From: Podarcis tiliguerta
Lineage: Eukaryota
Reading direction: 5' to 3' (one strand)
Assembly (NCBI GenBank): GCA_965153285.1
Contig: OZ229117.1
DNA: 64,000 nt
Below are positions 24,008-37,714 of this stretch, one piece after another; position 1 is the stretch's first letter; every line of letters begins with the position of its first letter. The translations under genes and the position numbers were made by a program. The notes under the pieces are model-generated. The model was not told the DNA's origin. It made no database searches and saw nothing but the letters and a program-made list of their open reading frames with translations.

Positions 24008-26229
24008 TTACAGTAATCAGACGTTTCGTCACTAAAGAGCTTAGTCATCGAGCTTTGTAGTAAATAATATACAAGAGAAGACAGTATGTAAATGACTTAA
24101 AGCAGGGGTATATCTGTCCCCATCTGCATTTTTCCATCGGGAGGAGCATAGAAAGATGACAATATTCTTCAGTTTGTTAAACCACCTTCTTGTTTCTCTG
24201 GCAGACCCTCTAAACTTCCTGAAACCCAGGAACGCTGAGACCCACACACCTTATGTTTTCCAGACAGTCTCCTTATAAGCTACTCAGAATGTAAAGGCAG
24301 CCCACAGTCCCCAAGTTTCTCCCAGACCTCAGAAGAGTGTGCTCATCTCTTACAACTCTGATCCTAAGCTTGAAGCTTCACACACACTTACTTCAGTGGT
24401 CAGATTGGTCAAATTATGAAACTCTACTAAAAATAAAAAAGCAGGCAAAAGGTCAAGGCAGTATACAAAATAAACCAGAGCACTGTGGCTCTGAAACTGG
24501 ACCAACCATAACCTATTCACTAAACTATAGTTGTTCTGATCGACTTACAAGTAAGCAGTGAGGATGGTCCGTTTCATAGAAACACTCGTCTGCATCCCTG
24601 ATGGTGGGAAGGGAAGTCAGCTGCAGAGCAGCTCAGCTTCTTAAGTCTTTCTCCCCAATGCTATCCAGAGACAGTTGCTCAGGTAGCCATCTTAAATACC
24701 CTTTTGCATTTGATTGACTTAGGCCCCAATCTGCCCCACCATTCTCTTTCTTGACAGCAGCTTCCTGTGATCCTATTTGAATCAGCCCTTTATTGAGAAC
24801 CGTGTGAACTGGATTATTTTTTTTTAATACTTAAAAGAAAGATCACTACCCAGGTAGAGCACATGCTGCTCATGCAAAACGGTCTTAGGTTCAATCCCCG
24901 CCTCTGAAACCCTGTCTGAAACCCTAGTGAGCCACCACTGCCAGTGTGGACAGTGCTGTGGCAGATAAACCCATGGACAGTGTCAATGGCAAGGACCTTT
25001 CCTATTTATCTGAGTACAAGAAGGAGGAAATTAAAGCAATAGATGGAACAAAGCTCACAGTAGTAGGTTCTGCTTATCAGCTGACCTGTCTGAAAGAGGG
25101 ACATAAACTTTGGGGCTAACAATGTTGTAGGTGCTTTGCTTCCAACTTGGCATTCTGCAGCCTCTTAGCACATTCCTTATGCTCTGCAACAAGGGGAATG
25201 TGCAGGTACAAAAGCATCTGTTGGGAAGGAATGGTCTCCTAGGCTCTAAAGGAGCTGAACTCAGGCCTCAGTGCTGTGTTGGCCTGTATACCCTGTGGAA
25301 GCTAATAGACAAATACTGAACTACGACGTGCAGAGTAGAGCTGAATTCCTTACAAGTGTGCTTGTGGAAAGCATCACAATCAGCTGGTGAGTGGGCGGCA
25401 GCATTTGCTCCTTGCTTTACCATGCAGCAGTCTGTTTTCAGCTCACTGTTTTCTGTTCTTTGCAAAATCAGCATGGAGAGGGGGCCCTTTGTGGGGGGGA
25501 CAGCTACAAGATGCGGGGGGAAAGAACCTCTCCGCTCTCACCTCTTATTGTGTAGCACAGGGGTTAACAAAAGTTGGCATCCCAAAGCCAAGAAAATTAT
25601 TGTCCAAGTCTTCAGAGTTAAAGAAGCAGTTGCAACAAGAGACCCCATGCGAGTTGGCTATTGATTTTAAGCAGGCTGTTGGTGGCAAACTATCAGAACT
25701 GCTCTCTGTGCCTCCTTAGAGAGACTATATATATTAACTTTGGGAGATGCTAGTGTAAAGGGGATCAAGGGCGGGAGGGGGGCTGTATGGAGATAAATTA
25801 GGTATGGATTGGAAAGTGTGTACTCCAAAGCCACATAAATGATTAACAGCCTCTTGGTTAGAGTATCAGAAAAAAACAGCATCCGGACTGAACCCTCAGG
25901 GGAGCCTGGCGATTCTCCTGCATGCAAGAGCAGGGTGTAAATTGCTGAATATGTTGTCTGCTGCAGGAGCGAGATGGCAATCACACTCCAAGCTGCATCT
26001 TGTTAGACTGGTTCAAAGAGCTGCCGCTTCCCTGCTTTCTACTCCACAGCATAAACAGCCAGACATTTGGTGTATTTGGGAGGAGGGGATGTCTCTGCCT
26101 GAAAGGTGAACAGGAAGAGTACATGAGAGTTCTAGCCCCAGCTGTGTCCTGCTGCGTAAACAAAGCTCTGTTTGGAGCAAGGATGCCTGTGGCTGGGTCT
26201 TGACCTCACTGCAGCAGCAGGAAACTTAA

Positions 26230-26731
<502 letters not shown>

Positions 26732-26852
26732 TGAGGCAGAGATGACGCTTTTCTCACCAAGGTGGCTCTGACTTCATCACTCGTGCATTGGGCCTGTGCC
26801 CAAAAGAATCTGCACTTTTTGTAGCTTTGGCTGGATCGAATAATTATTCAAA

Positions 26853-26857
26853 AGTGT

Positions 26858-26920
<63 letters not shown>
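26853..26920. repeat. Compound (TG)n(AG)n microsatellite
   Basis: Direct inspection. Confidence 0.95.
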
Positions 26921-26923
<3 letters not shown>

Positions 26924-27836
26924 ACGAGCAGGTATCTCCTGGTGAGCAACGCTAAATTTTCCACAGGGTGTTTGCTTTTGTAATTCCTTATGGCATCTTC
27001 TCATTAAGCTAATAATGTTGCTTCAGAGCTTTTACATTAAAAAAAGAAATGCTGGGCAACTCTGGGATTGTGGAAACTGAAGCTCTGTTCTCCACCTGCA
27101 TTTTCTTCCCAACCCCAAAATAATTTTAGTACCAGCAAATACCAAAGATCTGGAGCTGTAAATGAGTCAGACTTGAGCACCCTGTGTTGCTTTGCAGCAA
27201 GAAAAGAATTTACAAGTGGCTGCAGCTGAACAGAGCAATGACACCAGCACCTCCTACTGGCCACATGCTTTGCAGCTGCTTTGCTTGCTTGCCATAAAGC
27301 TGTCATTTCAGTGGGAAGCAAGTGCTGCATTGCAGACGTCGGTCCCCATGCACTAGGCGGGATAAGGGAAATTTATTAGCTCTCCATCGTATTGATCTTT
27401 TTCATCTGATTTAGAGCTCAGCAATTCCCAATACATACACTAAGAAAGGAAGATGCTTGGTGCCACATGGTTGGAGGGGTGAAAGTTTTGTTTAAAACAA
27501 TGGTAGTCAATATGGTGCCCTTTGGATATTGTTGGACTATAACTCCCATAAACCCCACCCAGTATGGTCAGGCATGATGGGATTTGTAGTCCAGAAACAC
27601 CTGGAGGGCATCACATTGATTAACCCAGAAAGATCCAAGGGAGATCCTATTTGAAAGGACCAGCTGAATGGTGTGGTGTACTCCTTAAATATTGTAAAAG
27701 TAGAAGGCCCCTCACCTGCATGCTTTAGACTCTTCTGTAGTGAGTCATAGTTGTGTGAGAAAGAGAGCGGGGGGGGGGGAGGAGGGAAGAGAAAACGAGC
27801 TCAGAACTTATTTTGGTCTGTGTTTGCTTCTCCTAA

Positions 27837-28019
<183 letters not shown>

Positions 28020-28354
28020 TAGTAGAGAGGGTTGGAAATAGAGACTTCTTCTGAAGCAAGTTGGTTCTTACCACTTGCTGTTGCCTGCTTGGGAAGTAGG
28101 CCCTCTTGCCTGAAATGTGGAGTGATATCTGTCCAGAAGGGTGGGGGTGGGGCAACAATAATTGTCATCACAGAACATCTCCACAGTGCATCTGATGCTT
28201 CCCAGTTGAAGGTGCTGTGGGTTTTGAGCATGGTTAACTTGGACACAAACCAGCTGGCATCTGCTGGAATTAGAGAATTGTGGAGTTAGAAGGGACCCAA
28301 AAGCTTATCTAGTCCAACCCCCAACAATGCAGGAAAAAATTAAGGCAGCTTCGG

Positions 28355-28885
28355 GTGTTTATTTATTTATTTATGTATTTACATCCCACATTTTACCCTG
28401 ACTGGGACTGTAGGCAGCTTATAGATAAAATGGAAAAAAATAGAAAATTTAAGTATTAAACACAAATAGAATTAAGACAATATATAAAAAGATTTATTAA
28501 AAATACAAATAACAACAATAAAAACATAACAGCACCAGCGCTTTCCTTAAAAACAGTCAGTTCCTAAAAGCCTGTTGGAATAAAAAGGTCTTTACCTGCT
28601 AGCAGAAGGACAACAAGGAGGGAGCCAGTCTAACTGCTCCAGGACAGGAGTTCCAAAGTCTGGATGCAGCCACCAAGAAGGCTCTCTCCCACATCCCCAC
28701 CAAGTGTGCCTATGAGGGAGGCAGACTGAGAAAAGGGCCTCTCAGAGCCCCAGCAGGTTTGTATAGGAGAATATGGTCTTTCAAATAGCCTGGACCTAAT
28801 CCTTTCAGAGCTTTATAGGTCATACCTAGCACTTTGAATTGTGCCCAGAAACAGACCAGTAGCCTGTGGAGCTGTGGTAACAACC
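28355..28885 (-). mobile_element. L2 LINE 3' end
   Basis: Minus ORF 28710-28943 contains LHRLLVCFWAQFKVLGMTYKALKGLGPGYLKDH (L2 ORF2 C-terminus); (TTTA)n tail at the left end. Confidence 0.8.
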
Positions 28886-30586
28886 TTTGGGCCCTTCTGT
28901 GTCGGAAAAAGTATGATGCACTCAAGGTTTCCATATTTTCCAAGCAGAGCTTTCATGTGCTGTTCCAAAATGCAAAGATACTTTTCATCCAAGAAATAAA
29001 GAAGGTATTATTGCCACAGATGAAGAGTGGGTACACTTGAAATACATTATGATTCACATCTGACAGTCAGAATGCTTTTTTCTTCAACATCTTTTGAGGT
29101 TTGCCTCTATTTCATGGTTTGGAGGTTGTGCCTCGGCATCACTCCCACTCCCAAGAACTGGTAACATTTGAGGTTAACCTTACAATAAGTCCACATCTCA
29201 CTGTGCCGTACTCCAGGTAGACTGAGCATACTCATCCCCTATTTATTGTGTTTGTTTCCATTGCAGAGCAGGCTCACAGAGCCCATTGCTCCAAATGCCC
29301 CTCTCATATGGTGGTGTTTCAGCTGGCTCTTCACTGTCAATTCCTCTGTTCCCATCCTATCTTCTCCCTTAAACTATTCTGTTGGGGTTGCCAAGTTCGC
29401 TTAGCTGCTCATCGTCCACCTTCTCTGAGTCAGGAGGACTCTTTCTTGGTGCCTGACGTGCACAACCCCAACGGTATCAATTCTGGGGGAGAGGGCACAC
29501 CACAGTTCATGTTCCCTGTTCCCAGCCTTTCAAGTAAGCATTGCAAAAAGCAGGTCCAGTTGCAAATGGCACAACTCCTCCTTTGATTCCCTCCCATACA
29601 GTCAGCTGCTTTTCCCATTAGACTTTGAAATGTACAGAAAATGTACTAGGTTATAAGTGACTGAAAATGTTTACATTTCTGATAACAGTCTGTTCATGAA
29701 ACTCAAAAACATTTGCTTTTCTTTAGTTCATTTCCCAGGTTTGCTAATGCCTCATTGCCTATTTATCAGTAATGTAAATGTTTTCAGCCAGTTGTACCCA
29801 AGCGTGTGTTCTCCATCACCAGCCACTTACTTTTTGCTGCCTTCTCCCTTTCTTCAGAACTTGAAAATTTGTCAAGGCTCTTGCCTGATTTAAAAAAGAC
29901 ATTCTAATAAATTAAACCTGCATATATACTTCATAGTTTTGAAGAAAGCAGCATTCTTTCCTTGTTTTTGGAGGAAGCACACACTCAGCACAGCAGGCAC
30001 CATCTGTGATGAGACATCCCCTTCTGTGTGTGAGAGAAGAATGTATGTGTCTTCTGAGTTGATGTTTGCTGCCTGCTATCTTTTATAAGTACTTGCATTA
30101 ACAATTAAAATTTAATAACCTGCTGTATTACTTTTAAAAATTGACTGAATGCCTTATGCCTGGCCCTTTCCTTATTTCATCCTTAATTGGCCCAAGAAGA
30201 GAGATCATATTGCCTGCTTAGAATCTCCTCACACAGCAGCTACTATCTGAGGACCTAGTTTCTCTCTGAAATGAGCTCATTGGCCTTTGGATCCTATTTA
30301 TGGTTAACATTCTGCTTTTACAAGAGTAAAATGAAACAATAGAAAAGCACAACTTACAACAAAACACTGATGAATAAAACAGTAAAAAGTAGCAGTCAGA
30401 AAAGCAGGAATTAACAGCGGAATAATTAAATGCCCAAACCCAAGTGAGATGGAAACATCTTCAACAACAGATAGCTAAAAACAGAAATTGGGGCCCCAGA
30501 AGATCTCTATCAAGAGGACAGTCCACAGGAATAGCCAACATAGTGCCCTCAGTATGTTGCTGGACTACACCTCCCACCACTCCTGA

Positions 30587-30940
<354 letters not shown>

Positions 30941-31727
30941 CAGTACCAAGCCTGGAGACATTCTCACTGCAAACTGGCATGGGTGGGTGCCCCCTGAGGA
31001 TGGGTGCAGGCGCTCACACACACCCCAACCGCTTGCTGATGAATCCCAAGTCAGACAAGGAGGAAGCAGGAAAAAAAATCAATGAGAAAATCAATGGCAC
31101 TTTCTTCACACTGTCTCCCTGCGCACCAGGCAGCAGGAGCAGGGGAAGGTGAGGTGCAGGCAGCTCCTTTCACACCGGTTGCTGTGTCGGAAGGCAGGCA
31201 GCTTGCGCACGGCAGCATCTTACCAGACTGGAGGCAGGAAGGAGAGAGACCGATGGAAGCAGGGAGCAAGAGAAACCCTGAGACACCCCCCTCTGTGCTG
31301 CATCGGCTGCCAAACAGGGAAGGGAGGTGACCAGGGCCGTTGACACACTCACAATCACAGCAGTTGTTTCAAGCGCTTTGATTCCTCCCGCCCCCCATTT
31401 GCCTGTGGGTGGATCTTTCCTCAGATAAACTGCAGGGCGAAACTGTGGGGGTAGGTGGGTTCTGGGGAGGGGTGGGAGAGTTCTTTGGTTTCTTCTTGCA
31501 TCCCGGCTACAGTAAAATAAGTTGATAAAAAAAGAAGAAGAGAGCACTCAGCCAGGCCCTGGAGGTGGCACAGACAAGGGCCAGGCCACTGGACTCGAGA
31601 CCCAGGACATGCTCCAGGTATCCTTCAAAACCATGGGGAGGCAGCAGCCACCTGACCCTGTACAATAAGTGGCGCAGAGCAAGGACTTTGCAATTCAGTT
31701 TTTAAATGGAGTAAAATCCGTATGGTT

Positions 31728-31766
31728 TATATATATATATATATAAATATATATAAATATATATAT
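31728..31766. repeat. (TA)n-rich microsatellite in the ANKRD11 3' UTR
   Basis: Direct inspection. Confidence 0.9.
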
Positions 31767-31890
31767 TTTTCCTTTAATCTTGGGCATTTTGTTTCTCTTT
31801 CTGAGAACATAACTTGAAAAAAAAGATAAAACACTACAAGAGCCAATACTCGTATAAAGATAAATTGTATCCCATAAAAGCTGTACAGTT

Positions 31891-32045
31891 NNNNNNNNNN
31901 NNNNNNNNNNNNNNNNNNNNNNNNNNNNNNNNNNNNNNNNNNNNNNNNNNNNNNNNNNNNNNNNNNNNNNNNNNNNNNNNNNNNNNNNNNNNNNNNNNNN
32001 NNNNNNNNNNNNNNNNNNNNNNNNNNNNNNNNNNNNNNNNNNNNN
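31891..32045. other. Assembly gap (155 N)
   Basis: Run of N. Confidence 1.
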
Positions 32046-35000
32046 GTTCACCCTAGGCAGCACCCTCCCACCACCACCGCCCCTTTCCCACTGCTCACCC
32101 CCAGGGAAGGGAAAAGCAACACACACCAATACAGAGGCCAAAGGGGTGAGGGATGTGGCCTTGTTGATCCTGTGGAACAGGTGGCCTGCAAAACAGGCAA
32201 GAGCAGAGCATGCCAAATGCTCATGTTTTTACGCTCATCCGGTTTCTTTCCTTCCCAGTTTTGAATTTTGAGCAAAGACCCGGTGCCCATTGTCTGTGCA
32301 GAATCTACAGCTACATAACATATTTAAACAGGGTTGCCTTGGAAGGGTCTAAAGGGTCTCAGGCAGTCCCTTTCGCATTCAGACTTGTGAGAGTCCTGCC
32401 TCCTCATGACAGGATGGAGTGAACCAGGGCCCCTGTGGGCTGGGGAGGGTGGGGAGTGGATGAGAGGGAGAGGGAGCAGCTGAAGCCATTTCTCAAACCA
32501 AAGCCTGAAGCTGTGACAAAAGGACACAGGTGCTTCAGAAGGATGTGCTTGGAAGCAGCCCCCAGCCTCAAATACTGTTTGAGAAGGCAAACGTGCAAAG
32601 CAAGGGGCCCTGTAAGCCCCAACATCTCTTCCTCTTCACTGAAGAGGTTTCTAGCCCAACATTTCTCAGGGTACGAGTTGCTGATAATATGCCAGAACTT
32701 CAAATTAGGGAAGTTCAGTGCAGACATTCTCCTTGTCCTGATGTGGCTCCCCCATTGTTAGTGTAGGCCTGCTGGATTGCTTGCTAATTTGGTGGTCAAC
32801 AGGCTGAAGTGTGGTTTGCAGTTTGATAGTTTGGGCTCTGCCACTCTTGCCTTGGAGCACAAGATGAGGCCAGAGTATTCCTGAGTTGAGCTAACAGAAC
32901 TAAAAATACACCCCCTTCTCCTGAACTGCGTCAGAAGGTGTTATGTGGGCTTGTGTTGTTTCCTATTCCATAGTTGCCTTCTGATGTTGCCTTGGCTCAG
33001 TTGCAGAAAATCATGTTAAGCATCTGTGGCACACTATGTAGCCCCTTCCAGATGTGTAGCCACCAGTCAATCACATTCTGGGCAAGAGGATGGCTTAGAG
33101 AAGCAAAGATTATATTCCCCCAGAGGGAAATTTTTGTGGAGGCAGGCTGAGGAATTTGTGGTTCTGTAGCTTAAGGTCTTGTTCCTAAATCCTCACCATT
33201 CAGGAAAAGTGCATGTTGTGTTGCGGGGGGGGGGGGGGATAATGCCTTGCATTGTGTGGTTCCTGTGTTAGCAGAGAGCATCATTTCATTGGTCTTTTGG
33301 TTTAGCTAAGTTGAGCTCTAGGCCCACTTTCTGGCTGGTGTGTGACATTTTCTGAGAGACCTTGCTTCTTTGCATCTTCTGTGATTGAAGAGAACCCATT
33401 GCTCCCCAGTTTTCCATCAGTGTAAATCCCCTAGCTAAGGCAGGCAGCAAGAGTGTTGCAATGTGGGTTGCTTGATCATGCCCAGTCCTTGTTACATATT
33501 CTTAGGTGTGCAGACACTAGCCCCTGGTGACTATGTGAGAGGAAGCAAAGTGCTTGTTGATGTTAAAAGCCATTCTCTTCAGTGCCTGGTCAGTCTGCCC
33601 TCCTCTTCTTTGGCTGACCCACATTGGTAGGAGTTCCTCCCACTCCTCCCAATTTTTTTAAAAATAATTTGTATCAGGCCAGGTGTTCCTTTGGCACTGC
33701 TTCTCTCTCTACTTTGAGTCATTGGGTGGGGTGGCAGCTTGATAATCTGTGAACCATTTTAGGAGACTGCAGGGAAGGGGCAGGCAGGCAGCTAACAAGC
33801 CATTAGTCCTACATCATGCCTTAGCAGCAAAGGTTCCTTTTGAAATACAGTTTAGTGGAGGAGAACCCATCTTCCTTTAAATCTTTTGGAGGAAAAACCA
33901 TCTAGCAGATAGATGCCAGTTTGGCATTTAAAAAAAGAAGTAAAACCCAAAACCTATACACAGAACAGGCCAGGAAGACTATTTTATATTTTACTTTCAC
34001 GTGCATATGATATTTTAAAAGTATCACGACAGTTGCCTCCTCTGAATTGTTTGTTGCTGCTTTAAAGGCAGGGCAGTAGCTGTAGCAGGTGCTGTGGAAG
34101 ATATTTGCTAACCTAGTGATTCCCAAGGAGGTCTTCCAATTGGCCTTCTCACTCACCATTGGTCAGAATTCTGGGGCTTTGAGAGCAGCCTCTAACATCG
34201 ATGGAGTAATGACTTGACTTTCCAAAGATGGAATCCCCTGCCAATGCCACCTCAGCCACATATGTCTCCCTTGCTGATTGGCTCCCATATGCCCATCCTC
34301 CACACACAGGTTTTTCATGCCTACCTCTAGCTCCTTTGCTCTCACCCTAGCAAACTGCTTTTGTGCTGCTTACTGGACTGTTTGGGTCCTTCATGGTGGG
34401 TGTCTGTGTGCAAGAGACACATTGCCTGTAAATGTTTGTGTTCCAATGCTTTAGAGCCTTGAGAGTGAACATTCTGTACCCTGGAAAAAACGCCGGTTGC
34501 TTTTACCCTGTGTTTCCACAGGAACAACTTAAAAGCACTGCACTGTTCTCCATTCACAGCCAGGGTGGCTAAGGAAAGGAATGGCTGGTTTAGCTAGTCT
34601 GTCCTGTTCAGAAACTTCCTTTATAACCACACAAGGATATAGCCCTGAGTCACAGTGTAGACCCTGACATTCCCCCCCCCCCATTATTATTTTTTATATC
34701 CGTCAATGGAAAGACTTTCTAAAATCCTCAATTTTAAGACCAGGATACTAGCACGAGCATAACACCCTTCGACACATGCACTCTGTTGATTTGGACTTCA
34801 GTGTAAATTCCCCTCCTTGTTAAAAGGCTTCTACCAGACAGTGTATATACATGTAAATAACTCTCACAGGTCAATTCACAACCTTCTATTTGTACTAGTG
34901 TGACTTGCGTAGAATGTGGGGTTTAAAACAGCGGCGGGGTGCGTTGTCTGTAATGTAACAATGTACTTTACTCTTTTTTTACAATGTAGTTTGTGTACAT

Positions 35001-35175
35001 ATTGTTTGGTGGTGCTGGTGCTGCCGAGGCCCCTGTTCTGCCACCACACAACTGTCCTTTAGCTGTACAACTTCCTGCGGAAAGAGACAAAGCGAATACA
35101 GATGTTATTTTCTACAGTTGCATGTACAGAGAGAAGCGCAGAGATACTGTTGTCCCTCAAGAGATAATGTTCATA

Positions 35176-35181
35176 AATAAA
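35176..35181 (+). terminator. Candidate distal poly(A) signal of ANKRD11
   Basis: AATAAA ending a TGTA-rich, UTR-like block (~34690-35180); interspersed repeats resume soon after. Confidence 0.6.
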
Positions 35182-35294
35182 TTTTTATAAAAAAACAACA
35201 ACTGGGCTCTTAATTTCTCCAGCTTTGCCGAGGTATTAGTGTTGCGTCCAGTTTAAGAGGTGAACACCATCTTTGTGTACCCAGGCTTCAGTTT

Positions 35295-35405
35295 TAGCAA
35301 CTTGGTGCCCACCAGATGTTTTGGACTACAATTCCCATCATCCCTGGGAGTTGGGACTGATAGGAATTGCATTCCAGAACACTTGGAGGGCACCAGGTTG
35401 GCGAT
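35295..35405. mobile_element. Short palindromic MITE-like repeat (about 110 bp)
   Basis: GGTGCCC.CCAGATGTTTTGGACTACAATTCCCATCATCCC..GGAATTG..TCCAGAACACTTGGAGGGCACCAGGTTG; related copies at ~27510-27620, ~30540-30660, ~48350-48430, ~52382-52442, ~62845-62925. Confidence 0.7.
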
Positions 35406-36729
35406 GACTGATCCAGACTTTTTGGGCAAAGTGTTCCACATACTCTTGTACTACTAAGTCCTCATGCATGTCCGTTTTTACAGATACGACAGGGATAGAA
35501 TCAGTCCATGTCTGGAGTGAGGTTTGAACCCAGATCCCCAAGATTCAACTCTCCCTCCTACAACATACCATCTTGGGCAGGCAAGGTAAAATCTCACCTG
35601 TGTCATTCTAGAAGATACCAAGGGTATTTGGGTGGGCAGCTGGGGTTCTCTTGCACTAGTTGCTCTGCACTGCAGAAGATCCCAGGCTCATTCCCCAGGC
35701 AAGACTGTGAAATACTCCTACCTGCAACCCTGGAGAACTGCTGCTAATCAGTGTAGATTATTGTGCTAGTAGGATCAGGTATCTGACTGTAAAATGCAGC
35801 TTCCTTTGCCCTTTGGTGTAGCCCCAGCTGCAGGACAGGCTCATCACATCTAGTACATCCATCAATCTTGACCCGAACAATTTCCTGCCTGCCTTCTGTA
35901 TTTATGCAAATTATATGGGTTTAATCCATACTTCGCCCCACTGAAACCAAAGTTAGACAACTAACTTGCCACTTGATTTCATTGGGACTAAAGCATAACT
36001 AGCTTAGTCTGGATCCAACTCTGTTCTTCCTCCTGCCCCTTTTATACCACATTAAATGCACAGCCTTGGATATATGCTGCCGCCTTGTGTGCTAATGTTG
36101 TAAAACCTTCCCTGAGTTTTCAAGAATAGAGCAATGCCAGATCTATACCACAAGCTTTTATTGAAAAATGCAAGCTTCAGTCATGAAGACCCCAGACGTA
36201 GCTGGCCTGAGTCACGCACCTTTCAAGGTCTTAATGCTGGCTTCTCTGCTTAACTTCTAAAACCAAAAAATGGGGGTTGGGATCCAGGTGTACATCACCT
36301 GGAGCACCCCCTTTTTTGGTTCACTTAGTGGCCCCTCCTCTTAATTCAAAGGAACTGTGAGGACTGAACTGGGATTAGGCATTGGAGAAAATGCTCTAAG
36401 TGGCCATAACACGCCAAAAGAACGAAGTTCTTCCCTTAAGGGAGAGCTCGGAGCATCTGTTCCTACTTTCTACCTCTAGCATTTTGCAACATCTCTCCAC
36501 ACAAGTACAGGTCCCATGCAAAGGTCATGAAGGAATAGACTGCATCCACACAGAATAATCCATTTTCTAACACACAGCATCAACAGATCTTGTAAATAAC
36601 CCCTCTTCTTTCCCTTCACCGGGTGTGGTGAATTTTTGGCCCTTGAGACGCTGAGACGCAGCTCTTATTATTCCTAGCCACTGACCAGGCTTGTTGCAGC
36701 TGATGGGATTTGTAATTCAACATCTAGAC

Positions 36730-37049
36730 CATGGGTAGGCAAACTAAGGCCCGGGGGCCGGATCAGGCCTAATCACCTTCTAAATCCAGCCCACGGACAG
36801 TCCGGGAATCAGCATGTTTTTACATGAGTAGAATGTGTCCTTTTATTTAAAATGCATCCTTGGGTTATTTGTGGGGCCTGCCTGGTGTTTTTACATGAGT
36901 AGAATGTGTGCTTTTGTTTAAAATGCATTTCTGGGTTATTTGGGGGGCATAGGAATTCCTTCATTTTTTTTTTCAAAATATAGTCCGGCGCCCACAAGGT
37001 CTGAGGGACAGTGGACCGCCCCCCTGCTGAAAATGTTTGCTGGCCCCTG
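36730..37049. mobile_element. Full-length 320-bp non-autonomous hAT (Charlie-like) element
   Basis: TIRs CATGGGTAGGCAAAC/GTTTGCTGGCCCCTG; 8-bp TSD ATCTAGAC/ATCCAGAC; internal ~70-bp tandem duplication (TGTTTTTACATGAGTAGAATGTG..). Confidence 0.88.
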
Positions 37050-37255
37050 ATCCAGACACTCAAAGGGGTTACCCACACCTGGTTTACACACACAAATACA
37101 TGTCCGAATATCTCTCTCTACAATACTACAAGGCCAGGCATGTTAGCATCCCACAGGTGTTTTCCTTCATATTTTGGTGAGGCTCTTCCATGAAGCTTGT
37201 CTTGACAAATGCCAAATTGTATGAGGGAGGGCAGGGATACTGTGTTCAAGACCAC

Positions 37256-37292
<37 letters not shown>

Positions 37293-37305
37293 ACACACAC
37301 ACATG
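37256..37305. repeat. (TG)n(CA)n microsatellite
   Basis: Direct inspection. Confidence 0.9.
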
Positions 37306-37599
37306 CATTCACTACAACTGCTCTGTGTATCTAGTGCCACTGCCATTAGGTGCTGTCCAGTAGGGATGGAGAACAGCAACTCTTGGCAGCTGTGACCACC
37401 ATGGTCAATAGGTTTGGGATAATTGGCAGCTGAAATGCATCAACATTTGACTGCAGGTTGCGCGTCCCTGCCATACAGAATCACCAAAGTGATGCAATTC
37501 CAACCCCAGTGAGCATATCTTGGGAAAGAGGCATGAATAGAGTACAAAATTCCCAAACAGCCCCGAAGCACACTGTACGACATTGGACCAGTTGCTGCT

Positions 37600-37714
37600 G
37601 CTCAGCCTAACCTACCTCACAGGGTTGTTGTGAGGATAAAATGGGGGAAAGGGAAACCCTCATATGCCACCTGGAGCTTGGAGGGAAGGTGGGATGTAGA
37701 TGCAATAAAATAAA
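37600..37714 (+). mobile_element. MIR/Squam3-like CORE-SINE 3' half
   Basis: CTCAGCCTAACCTACCTCACAGGGTTGTTGTGAGGATAAAATGG..GGTGGGATGTAGATGCAATAAAATAAA. Confidence 0.7.

Noticed and set aside
31695-32216. ORFs spanning the N run
   Set aside because: Artefacts of translating the assembly gap.
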